DNA of 62,885 nucleotides, counting the filler, from Choristocarpus tenellus KU-1152 (lineage: Eukaryota; Protista; Phaeophyceae): assembly GCA_964200185.2 (NCBI GenBank). It is 12 parts of 12 records of this genome, joined end to end, with 100 filler letters (N's around TTAATTAATTAA, not from the genome) between each part and the next. Parts side by side here need not be neighbours in the genome. Positions count along the whole stretch, not along the records: positions 11,729 to 18,493 come from CAXNAD020007398.1; positions 18,594 to 21,409 come from CAXNAD020024500.1; positions 21,510 to 29,374 come from CAXNAD020005473.1; 9 more parts are not named here. One strand, given 5' to 3'. Below the pieces are notes generated by a model. The model saw only the letters and a program-made list of their open reading frames with translations, ran no database searches and was not told the origin of the DNA. Shown one piece after another: positions 12,136-23,403 of this stretch. Positions within the stretch are counted from its first letter, which is position 1; every line of letters begins with the position of its first letter. The position numbers were made by a program, and so were the translations under genes.

Positions 12136-15100
12136 CTTTCTGGTTCAGCCAGGTACTGCTCATGGAGCCCGGCATAAGCGTTGACATCTGGCCACATATC
12201 GATATCCACCATGAAGAAGTGACTTGTCTCCACCATGTCCACTCCAGCATTGCGCAACCGATTGATGGGGTAAAATTCGGCAAGGTCCATGGCACCGTCC
12301 CCCTCTCCCCGCCTGTTTGCCTCATTCCGCCCCTCTCTCCTTTCCTCTTCTACTTCGTCTGACACTGCTGACACCGACTCTGTATTAGCTGCAACCGCCA
12401 CAATTCTCATGTTATCACAAAGCTCTGGCAGGCTCTGCAAATTTTGCCCCCCCCCCCCAACAAAATCATAGATCAGGGTGCAGTGAGAGGATGCGTGTAC
12501 AGCAGTAGAATGCCGATCTCAAGGACTAATACACTGCTGCATATCAAATTAAGGTGTTGTGGCTAATCATCCACCGGACCTAATTAAGAGGACGTGGAGT
12601 GCAGCAGATGCTTACTTCATGGGGAACAGTAAGGCACAGTTCTTGTATGAAAAAAAAGGTGTTGTGCCAATATGCAGACAAGAGGAAATCAGGCTCAGGG
12701 TTGAGCAACGGTCAGGGACTAGAACGAAGCGGATCAGTCTTGTGTTTTGGCATGCCATCAAGAAGGGAGCCTGTAAAAAATAGGTCACAACAGAGGGTAC
12801 ACGCCTCCCTACCGCTGCGCATAAAACTGCTCCCACCCAGACCCCCAACTCTTTTACCCCCCCTTGTATCTCAAAGAGAGGAAATATCCTCACTCTCATT
12901 CTCTTCTACGATGGCATACTCTCTTTCCACTTCTCTTATGGGAATATGTTCTAGAGGACAAGGCCCAGCTGGGTCATATTCAAGGCAGCTAGTTCCACCT
13001 CTTGGAGTGACTGTTGGGTTTAGCCGAGGGGTAGAGTCATCCTTTGAAGCGCATGAAATAAAATAAATTAAATTCTACGACTGTGTCTAGTTTCTCCATT
13101 GATGGCTTTGGACCGTGTAGCGGTCACCCCGGTCTGTTACTGTGTTAAATGCTCTTCTCCGTCTCACCTCAAAGTCGTCTTCCATGATGGCAATGACCAT
13201 CGGGCCACTCCAACGCCTACACAGGTGTTGCAACATGAAGAAACGGTTCTTGGATGCCTTGTGGGAAACAACAAGATCAACACATCACAGGTCCCACGAA
13301 ACAATGTCAGGAGTGGCAGAGCCAAGTAAAGGTTCAGGGGGAAAGGGCATCACCTTAAGGCAGGCACTGTGGTGAGCCCAGGTGAAGGGGAGTAACAAGG
13401 ATCGAAAATCTCCAGAAAGTACATTCAAGTCCAAGAGGTGAGAATATGTTAGTGCAAAGGCAAACGTTCCAGCCCTTTTGGTATTCTGTAGCAATGAACT
13501 GTAGTTACCTCATGCTCTCTGACTCCGAGAGGCAGTTTGAGATAGAGATCCTGCCTTGTTCGGGGTCAGAGGACTCTCAGAGAACATCGAAGTACCGATG
13601 ATTAATATTACCATTCCGACCAAAAAAATGTTCCTACATGTAGTTATAGTTCAATTCAACCTACTAACTTCCGATGTTTGTTGCCCGGTGTGTGGAAGAT
13701 TCTGCTTGCTATGAACTTGTTGTCAGTGTGTAGGTACTTGCTGTACAATCCCCACTATTGCAAACACCTTCATGGAGCTACCTCAACAGATGTTCAAAGT
13801 GCTCTCACTGTTCAAAACGTTCAAATCATGCACCCAGGAACCTAACCGGGAGGGAGCGCGCAAGTTAAACTTGTAGCAACTCTAAAAAAACAACCTTGCA
13901 GCATGGCGGATCCCTCTGCAAAAATAGAAGCTCAGTGGAAAAGACAAATAAGGCAGGACACTGTAGCACCAATAACCTTCTTCCCTTGGCCCACACATAC
14001 ACTGGTGTATCAAGAGGGTCGGAGCTCTTGAAGTCCCACATGTTCCAACCATAGATGGAAAGTGTCAGCGCAAGCAATGACAAAATCTGATCCAAAGTGC
14101 AAGTTGAAGGGAGATCTCAACGACACTAACCAAGAATAGACAGTGTGTCAGTTATGCCTACCAAGTATCCTAGTCTCTCCCCTCACCACCTTCCTCCTCG
14201 ATGGTATAGGGACCGCATTCTATGACTCTACACTAGGACCTTTAACATATATCCGGAGTCGTAGCATCCCTTGACGTTTGAGATACATGGGTCGTAAAAC
14301 CCCTGCCAAACAGTATCTACATTTTTGTACTACCTTCAACAAATAGTGCGAAGAGACAAAGTGGGAGGATTAATCATGCAGGCAATGCCATAGAAGTAAC
14401 AATAAAGAGAGATCGTGTGGGGTTGAAAGAACAAAGCTAGCATATTCCACATATCCATACCTACCTGTGACACAAGGGTGGTGTCAAAGGGTCCCACAAC
14501 CGGTGAAAAGGTGGCTCTCGGTCGTTCAGGAGGTAAGTCAGCACCTTGTGCGTCCAATGACTCCACGACAACCAACTTTCCCACTTTGTCATTTCCTGTC
14601 CCCAATTCTCCAAAACCACCAAAAGACTCATTGGGCCTTTTCGGAATGGCATGTCGTCCCGCCGATAAACCCAACAGATCTCCCTTAGTTCCCAATCCTT
14701 CCAAGCCTTGATCAGACCAATCAGATCTCCTTTTTCCTGTCACACCTGCTAGCTTAGAGCGTTCAATAGCCTCTGCTCTCCCCCAGGAACTTGACTCGAT
14801 CGGTGCCTGTCAGCCAAGCAAGAGTGGGTGAAAGGTGTAAGCAAGTCATTTGCAGCATAACAGTGCACCACATGAGGGTTATATAGAGGTGGATTGTTCG
14901 TTGAGGGTGGCAATAATATTTGATGGTTCGACCGTCTGCTTCCTCGCAGGCCTGACCTATTGTTTGGGTATGGAACTCTACTGCAACGTCCCTACCCCTC
15001 TGGTCAGGGCATCCTGGAGGACAACCAGAACAACGACACCTTATCCATGTCTTCAAATTGCTACTTGAACAATGTTTAGCTCTGCTCCAGAGCCCCGAAT

Positions 15101-15502
15101 AAGTGAGAGAAATTGGAGAGGAGACAGCTGAAGAAGCATTAGTTTATCATTTACGCCAACATGTATCCACGAGAACATTGATCTCATGTAACAGTCGATA
15201 GGTAGCAGGTCAATGTGAAGACAGTCGCAGAAAATATTACCTAACAATATACACCCTAGACGCACCTTCTCCTCATCTCCAGCCTTCCAACCTATGCGAT
15301 GTTTGTCCAGCTCTCTCTGTCGCTCCAATTCACGGCTCTCATCAACCTTATCTAACCACACATGGATAGAGTCCACATCTAGTGCCTCTTGCAACTCAGG
15401 GCCTGCAAGAGTTACGTTCCTTGTCTTCCTAAAATATGCAATGGTGATAATCACGGTATAGATGAGGAGAATAGCAGTCAAATAGTTCAGGATGGACGAC
15501 AT
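12136..15502 (-). CDS. GT49 / LARGE-like glycosyltransferase, type II membrane protein; 5' four exons (15502-15266, 14806-14465, 13257-13168, 12434-12136), 3' part missing
   Basis: All introns are GT-AG and the exons join in frame. The protein has an N-terminal TM helix (ILNYLTAILLIYTVIITIAYF). It then reads DTTLVSQ|ASKNRFFMLQHLCRRWSGPMVIAI and YPINRLRNAG...TSHFFMVDIDMWP (DxD motif), which are typical GT49 motifs. Confidence 0.85.
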
Positions 15503-15734
15503 TAAGCAGCTGTACCAATTTGGCAGCAAGCATCTCCTCACTTCAAAAAAAGAGGTACAACATTTGAAATGTGTGTAAAGCACTCATTTTTTGAGATCTC
15601 TCATATATAATGTGTGCGTTTGAGACAGGTCACCTTTTTGGGATCTCTCAACATTAATGAGGATAATGCGCGCAGTCATACACATTTACACGCGCAACCT
15701 TGTTGTCACAATCCGGGAGATGTGGTGTAGGTCA

Positions 15735-16245
15735 GACGCACGAATAGCTCGCGGTGACCCCGACATGAACGGTGAATTCAAACCAGTAAAGGTTAATTCT
15801 GCTCTGACTCTTTGCAACCAATCGTAGTAGAGATTGATCCGCATGCTTTCACCATGCCTAAGTCTCATCTCTCACTTCCTTTCTGAACCTCATCTCTGGC
15901 GGTTCTAATCACCCCCTATCACACAGAACCAGGCCCCATAAAATGTGGAGTCATATGCGTTTGCATGCGCCACCTTTTGCTATTTCGATCATTGAAGGTG
16001 ATGTAGTATGGGTGAGGCACACGAACGACTCGCGGTAACCCTGACGTGAACGGTCTCTCAAGATATTGAAGGTCGAGATTGTATTTTGTATTCTACCTAA
16101 TCGTATCAAATTGCAGTGGAAATTGATCAACATGCCACTTTAAACCTGTCAACTTACACCCATCATACTCAACAGCATTTCTCACTTCCTTCCTGGACCT
16201 CATTCCAATGGTTCTCTTCACCTCCCATCACACAGAATCAGGGCC
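15735..16245. repeat. Degenerate ~300-bp direct duplication
   Basis: CACGAA..CTCGCGGT.ACCC.GAC.TGAACGGT occurs at about 15739 and 16020. TCTCACTTCCTT.CTG.ACCTCAT...TCACACAGAA.CAGG.CC occurs at about 15870 and 16180. Confidence 0.75.
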
Positions 16246-18593
16246 AATAATAGTGATACTCAAGCCTATCGGTGTTGGGGAGACACCAGAGATGTAGGGT
16301 CGTGCCACCTTGGAGGACAAGAAGGAAGTGCAACCAACTCAAAAGATTTTGACCCTGGTCGAAAAGACGAGACGACTTGGAGAAGTAAAGGACCGTCAGG
16401 GAAGTGTAGGTAGGGACAAAGGATCATTCAATATCCCAAAGCTTCCAGGTCCTGAGCCCCGTCAAAAGGACTAACTCACCTTTGGAGGTTGGCTTGAACA
16501 CGAGGACAGTGTTGCAATGGTTGGGGGGACGACCTTTAACCTAACCTGGACCAGACCCGCTATCAGGTGTCGCCCGAAGATGACAGGTACAAAGAGGACA
16601 GGAGGTTTGATACCCACAACGTCTACGTTCAAGTTTGAGTTGATGTTAAGTCCATTGCAGTTTGGGAATTGGAGAGTGTGGAGGTCAGCCTCACTACTGC
16701 GACCCTTGCAAGGATTAACTTGCAGCGGATAAGATAAGTATATTGTCCCTCCCTACCCTGACTACATTTCTTGGGTCTATGTAGTTGATCACTTGATCAC
16801 GAAAGATTTCTCTCAAGGATTTACACTGAGTTCTGGAGCACAGGATTTGTCCTATTCCCCTGTTCCCAAATTCAAGAATGGGTTAAACCTTTCGCTCACG
16901 TGTGCATCTGCAACAACCGTGAAGAGCACTCGATTGGTCGGCTTTTATCTACTATCGAAGCACGTGCTACCCTGCCATAAATCTCTACTATTCCCCCCAA
17001 GAAGCCCTGGAGGGTAACATAGAACCGCAGGAGGAGAGAGTAAGGAATGAGAGTATTTATGGATATCTTGCTGATTCTGTTTCCTCAAGTTAGTAAGGTC
17101 AAGGCATACACGTGGTATGATATATAAGAACTTTCCTGTCTAGGTCGGGAAACACAGAAGAGATCATATAACCGAGGACATGAAAAAAATACAGGTAGCA
17201 AACCATACCTTGCCACAAAATGGACATGTCACCACTGTTCCACTGCCATCACTCGCTCCTCACAACTGTTCTTGAACTTAGATGAGATTTTTTCTCAAGC
17301 TAAGTTGTGTTGTTTCGTTCATATTGTTGGTACACATTTGCTTATTGAACATTACCCAACCTCTCCTCGTGTGCTGAATGTTTGGTCTTTCTACGTAAGA
17401 ATTCTTCGGCATGTGAACATCACTGTTGATATTGGTAGTGATTTCCTATTGATATTGATTACATATATGCAGGTCACCCGAGACTTTCCAGGGCACCCAT
17501 TTGGGAACTTGGAGACTTATCCATGCCTGTCCAAGCAGAAGTAATGACTACTTGAGAGTGGATAAACTGTTATTAGATAACGGTATCATGTCAGCTTTTG
17601 GGGCAGCGCTAGATTGAGACAAGCAAGAAATGTTGTTAAAAGACAGTGATGCATGTATTCCTATAACTCACAAAATCCTACCAATACCCATCGCCTCCCC
17701 ACCGACACATGCTTATGATACTGAAAACCCAACAAAGAATAGTACATCATCTCATATTTCAATTTCAGTTATCACATCTGAGTTCACCACACTAGTGCAT
17801 AGAGTAAAAAAATGTGCCTTTCCCCTGGAACAGAAATATGTTCTTCTGGATTGTTCCCAGGCCCTTCAAGGAGTGGCTACTGATGCTATTGTAGAACCTA
17901 TCATCAAAATTGGCGCAGACCTTCAACAAGAGAAAGGCATACATCTCCACTGGCTAGATATTGTGGTCAGTCAAGCCCTCAATGTTTGGGCAGAATATGG
18001 AGGATTTTTAGTCGAACTTGACAGTCTATCAAAGAAAGGGGTCAAGCTAAATGCAAATGTTGTAGTAGGTCATTCTCCCATGTGTAACATACACATTCCC
18101 TCTCAGATATTACCACAAGTGAAAATTTGCAGCCACATCCTCTAAATCCGAACACCTCAAAAAAGTCTGGGATGATCTTAAAGTGTTTCAAAGAAGATAT
18201 TTGCAAATATACAACTGGCCTTTTCTGACTAAGCAGGAGGAATTGCCAAGTATTTTGACTAAATTGAGACCAGTCTTCTCATTATCTGAAGATTAATTAG
18301 CCTGCCATACCACATCTGTTGACTTTACACTACAACCAGGTACTAAACCGATAGTAGATTACCGTATTGCGCGGCGCCAAAATTACGCGACCCCATTAGC
18401 TGATGAGTAGACGATATGGAAAAACATGGTATTGTATAACCTGCTAAGCCTTGTGTATCCCCTGTTACCATTGTGACGAAATCTGATGGATTCNNNNNNN
18501 NNNNNNNNNNNNNNNNNNNNNNNNNNNNNNNNNNNNNTTAATTAATTAANNNNNNNNNNNNNNNNNNNNNNNNNNNNNNNNNNNNNNNNNNNN

Positions 18594-18670
18594 AAATCAT
18601 GACATGAAAAAATTGCCCCCTAATGGATAACCGCCCCCCCCCCTCCCCCCCCCCCCCAGATATTTGAGTC
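18594..18670. mobile_element. MITE family A, one end only (contig start)
   Basis: polyC-AGATATTTGAGTC terminus plus internal family A sequence. It interrupts the KDZ-like reading frame. Confidence 0.8.
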
Positions 18671-19260
18671 AATTTCCAGAAAAAGACACATGCCATTTTG
18701 CCACCATTGTAGATCTGCATTTTATTATTCTAGTCATACTACTGTACCGTTGAGGTTTCAGGCATACCGTATTGTGGTGTAGAAAAACAGTTCTGCATTG
18801 TGGGTCATTCAGGTGGTTCATACTGTGGAAGGTGTTCCAGTACAGTATCCTAACGTCCACAGCTTATGCGGGCACTGTATAGTGAGCAGCACTTACATAC
18901 TCCAGGACTTTTTTAAAACTCCAACTAGTGTTGATGACCTACAATCGAACTTACCCTTGTTTTGAAGTATAACAATTTCTACGCGTAGTATGGGTACATG
19001 TGATGAATCTTGGTCATTCTTAGCTCTCTTCCGACCACTCCAATCGAACTTGCCCTGTCTGTTTGTTCTTGCTGTTGCTGTAACTATATCAAGAACGCAA
19101 TTGCTCTTGCCCTTTCCCCTTCAGCCTGTTTTGGTGACACATCGAGAGTGCTCATATTTTGCATGGGAGGTCCAAAGTAGACTGAACTGGAAAGCATGCG
19201 GGGATGAAAAACAGACCACATGCAGGTTCCTCAGATATGTCTTCTAACTGTGTCACGAGG
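18671..19260 (-). pseudogene. Probable decayed, intron-containing KDZ (Kyakuja-Dileera-Zisupton) transposase C-terminal half
   Basis: Degenerate motifs appear in KDZ order. VCFSSPHAF resembles CxH, MYPYYA*KLLYF resembles YDxxC, the exon at 18849-18768 reads ILYWNTFHSMNHLNDPQC (FHxxxHxxxC), and IYNGGKMACVFFWK resembles GExxERxW. Stops and frameshifts are present. Confidence 0.4.
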
Positions 19261-20051
19261 CAACTACCGATAACAAACTTCTCATTTTTGTAAGGTCAAT
19301 CAAGATGACAATCTTGTCCTCAGACACAAAAATGCCAGTTTGGATCCATTCCACAGATTGGATGCCACTTCACTTCAAATGTTGTCCAGATCTTCAAACT
19401 CCCTTGGCTCTGACCGTTGAAAGTTGAGTCTGGGCTTGAAATAGGTGATGCTATTAATACTGTTGCGACTCCACTCCCCCATGTTACTGCTCCGGTTTCT
19501 TGTCACATCCACTCCCTCAACACCGCTCTTCCATGGCAACAGGATCCTCTCTCTATTTCTGCCGACCTTCATGGGGAGTCGCTACCTATGGATCTCCCTG
19601 CCTCTGTGATGCGCCCTGCTACTTTCTGGGAAGGGGGCAATGGGGCCACTTCCCTGCTGTTGCGAGGGGGATTCACAGTATGGGCAGGTTTATTGGCAGA
19701 TGCACACCCAGTGCTTCACAAGGAGATTGGAGGCAGCGAATCCAATGCTGGTAACTTGTTGTTGTTGGAGACTGGGTGGGTATTGGACAGAGAGGGGGAC
19801 TCTTGTGCCAGGGAGGTGTTGTCAGCTGTGTTTGATGAGAGCACTGGGGCGTTCATGGGTGCATGGAGAGGCAGGGAGGAAATGAGTAGTAGCACCAGTT
19901 GAGCCCAACCGACCCATAGTAGTAGGGGCTTGCATCTTCTCATTGAATGAGTCTATGAGCTGTGTGCCGACACCTTTTTGGGGAAGTATTGAGGGTAGAT
20001 TTTCAACAGCATACAACATGTATGAGTAAATTGATGTGAATAGCAAACTGA

Positions 20052-20317
20052 GGCCCGAAGCACTTAAGATGGTAGGAGTTTTGCCCTGTTCATTTGGGGC
20101 TTTTGATTTCCCACGAGGTTTTTATGCCCTTTTTCGGTTTTCTGTGTGAACACAGTTACCTAAAATATATACAACTATGAAAGACTATGAAAGGTGTGTC
20201 TGGAGCAAGGATATGGACACTTGCTAACAAACACGATAGCCAAAATTCATCAAAATGGCAACATTGGATTTATGATCCCGAACGGATGTGGCCCTACCCT
20301 CTAAGATTCCTAGACTC
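20052..20317. mobile_element. MITE family B, diverged subfamily
   Basis: Same internal sequence and degenerate TIRs as family B, with TSD TGA. Confidence 0.85.
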
Positions 20318-21541
20318 TGACTCATCTTTGGAGTTTTTCTCAAGAGCATGTGGAGGAGTGTGAACCCATTCCTTTGATGGTACAAGGAAGTTATGAAAAG
20401 AGGAATGAGAGCAGAGGGGAATGGTATTAGTGTATTTGCCCATGATATTCCCTTGCTCTGTCATGCTATCACATTACTCTTTTCATACCAGTAGGAAGGC
20501 GTCTGTCCACACAGCAACTTGTGTTTCAAAAATAACCAGTAGAAAGATATGATGGGATTGCTCACGTTCACAACAAAATGATGCTATCAATGGTGCTGCG
20601 AACGATTTGCTGGTCATGTCGGCACCTCTCCAGTGGTGATTTGTATTTCCGATTCTACTCTCAACAAAACTATTCTGCTAAGAGTGAGTGTATGTGCTTG
20701 CTTGACACTCACCACAACACATACCTTCATGCAACCTTTAATAGTGTAGTGGTTTGAACACTACATAGTGTTGAGTACTATGCCGTCCAGGGTGCAGAAC
20801 TTCGAGAGCCGTCTTTGATGCTGACAGGCGGAGGAGTCACCAACCTCTTCACAACTTTAGAACTTTTCAATGCCATTCTTCTCAGTGATGCCCCAAATTC
20901 ATCAACGTTTTTGTTTTTTGGGGGATTCGCTGCACAAAAACCAATGGAACCCTTGGAAGATTATCGAAATGTGTTCATCCCCATAAGGGTGCAAAAGATC
21001 AAGTCTACCTGCGCCTGCAGTCACACTTGACCTCCAAGTTCCATGTTCATTAGTTAGGGCTTGCAAGGTATTGAGATCATCTAGGTGGGTAAAGATCTAT
21101 GCAGTGTTACTTTCATGCCCCTATATGGAGTTGGTACACGAATGCAGAAGAGGAGCGGTACGTAAGAGCAAAGAATATGAGAACAATAAACCCTTTTCAT
21201 TACTATCAATAGTTTGTGATGTTACACTTTTATCTCAGGACTGTGTCTCCTGCGCTCCCATCTGCTGATATAGACCCTTCCACGTCAAACCAGTATTTAC
21301 TGCAAGATCTATTGAAGGGCACACTTGCTTGTGTTACCCCAACTCTTCCAGTACCCGCAAAAAATACTTTGCTTCCCTCACCGCGAATCCCCTTTCAATG
21401 CTGCTCTTCNNNNNNNNNNNNNNNNNNNNNNNNNNNNNNNNNNNNNNNNNNNNTTAATTAATTAANNNNNNNNNNNNNNNNNNNNNNNNNNNNNNNNNNN
21501 NNNNNNNNNGCCTCCCTAGCTCCTCACCCTGGGGCACAGGA

Positions 21542-22560
21542 GGGTCAAAATATCTGGGGGGGGGGGGTGTCGGCGTCCGTTTTTGACCCTTTTTGCGATC
21601 TTCATTTCTTGGTGTGATTTGATTGCACGTGTCGGATTTGCAACGTGGGGAAAAAAAAGAGGGCTGTTGTTTAGGTTCCCTTCTGTCCTTGCGTACGCAC
21701 GAGGAAAGGGAATATATGCCACCATTTATTCGGACTCGGTTAGGAGTTTCGACGTTTGCATGTGTCGGATTTCGAATGTGTTCAAACAGGCTTAGCGGTT
21801 GGTGTATGTTGGTCGTATAGTTAGGATGAAGAATGAGATAAATGCTACAGAATATTTCAGGGTTAGTTATTGGTCTGTTTGGTTGCATAAGTAGGATTTG
21901 GTTAGCACATAAAGAGGGCTGTCGGTTAGGATGTGTTGTCCCAGTGTTAGCACGAGGAATTGAAAAAAAGACCATGGACTGTTTCGAGGCTAGTTTTTTC
22001 GTTTATTTGCTTGCATGAGTCGTGCCTGGTATGTACACAAAGAGGACTGTCAGTTACGGCCTGTTGTCCCAGTGTGTGCACGAGGAATTCAAAAAATTCC
22101 ATGCACTGTTTTTAATTTGAGTGAAATTATGTTAGAGGGTACGAGTTTTGCCCTGTTTGTCCATTTGGGGCTTGGTTTCTCATGGGTTATTTTATGACAT
22201 TTTGGTACTCCAAAATGTTTCGGAGTAGATAAAATGTATACGTTATGAAAAGGTGTGTTCAGAACATGGATATTGACACTTCCTAACAAACACGATGCCC
22301 CAAATTACATCAAAATCGCAACATTGGATTTTCATCCACAAATGGACGCGACTCTACCATCTAAGATACTTTGGCTCTTTAGTATTTCGTTTATTTGCTT
22401 GCATGTGTCGGATTTAGTATATACTCAAACGGGGTTGTCGGTCAGGGTGTTAGGGTTAAAGTTGTTGGCATGAAGGGAAAAGGGTTAGGTTTTGCTTTTG
22501 GGTTAGTGTAGTGTTTCTTTGATATCACGTGTCGACAGATTCTGCATTTGTTCACAAAGG
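21542..22560. repeat. MITE family A left end followed by a ~130-bp degenerate tandem array, interrupted by a family B copy
   Basis: GGGTCAAAATATCT-polyG at 21542. The unit TTGCA(C/T)GTGTCGGATTT...AAAGAGGGCTGT recurs at about 21625, 21757, 21885, 22013, 22400 and 22525. Confidence 0.7.
22119..22377. mobile_element. MITE family B, full copy
   Basis: Both TIRs present, with TSD TTT. Confidence 0.93.
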
Positions 22561-23048
22561 GTTATTGGTCAATGTCTATTGTCATACGTTTCGTTGGAAG
22601 TACCTTAAGATATACCTCCCTTGGTTCGGGGCTAGGGTTAGTGCGTTGATTAAATCCTGATGAGCTAGGGTTGGTTTGGTGTAAGTAGGGTCAATGGCGG
22701 CACTGGTACGTAATTCAGGTAAGATGCTTGTCGATTTTAGGTTGCCACGGGATGCAGATGGGCTCAGCGTAAGTGTTAGGGTAACGTTATGGTTAGTGTC
22801 GGTGTGCGGGGGTGGAGATCTAGGCCATTCGTCAAGTTCTTGGCACGTGTTTGGGGTACGCTCAGGGTTGGTGTTGTTCTTAGGAGCATCGGACGTGAAC
22901 TTCGGGATATGTTCCTCCAAGACTTGAAGGAGGATGAGATCGGCCCTCGTTTGTCGACACTTGGACAAAGCATGAGATAGTGCATAGAGTACTGAGAAGC
23001 AGGGGGGACCTAGGTAGTAGAGTTGTCTATAAAATGTTTTTGATATTT

Positions 23049-23306
23049 GAGTGAAAGTATCTTAGAGGGTAGGACCGCGTCCATTTGGAGGCCAAAATCC
23101 AATGTTGCGATTTTGATGTAATTTTGGCTACCATCTTTGTTAGGAAGTGTCAGTATCCTTGCTCCGGACACACCTTTCATAATGTACACATTTGACCTAC
23201 TCCGAAACATTTTGGAGTGGAAAAATGTCATTAAAAAACCCATGGGAAACCAAGCCCCAAATGGATATACAGGGTAAAACTCCTACCCTCTAAGATACTT
23301 CCACTC
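23049..23306. mobile_element. MITE family B, full copy, reverse orientation
   Basis: Both TIRs present, with TSD TTT. Confidence 0.93.
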
Positions 23307-23403
23307 TTTTAGTAGTCTGAACCTTGGATTGGTCTAATCCTCTAAGATACTTCCACGCTCTGTTATACAAATAGCAACATAGGTCTAATCCTCAAGATGA
23401 GTA

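Noticed and set aside
17630-18145. 171-aa plus-strand ORF
   Set aside because: No recognisable motif. Exon-like pieces on the opposite strand could not be joined into a model either.
22015-22473. Similar short ORFs recurring across contigs (SESILEGTSFALFVHLGLGF, NYIKIATLDF)
   Set aside because: They are chance translations of MITE family B, not a protein family.
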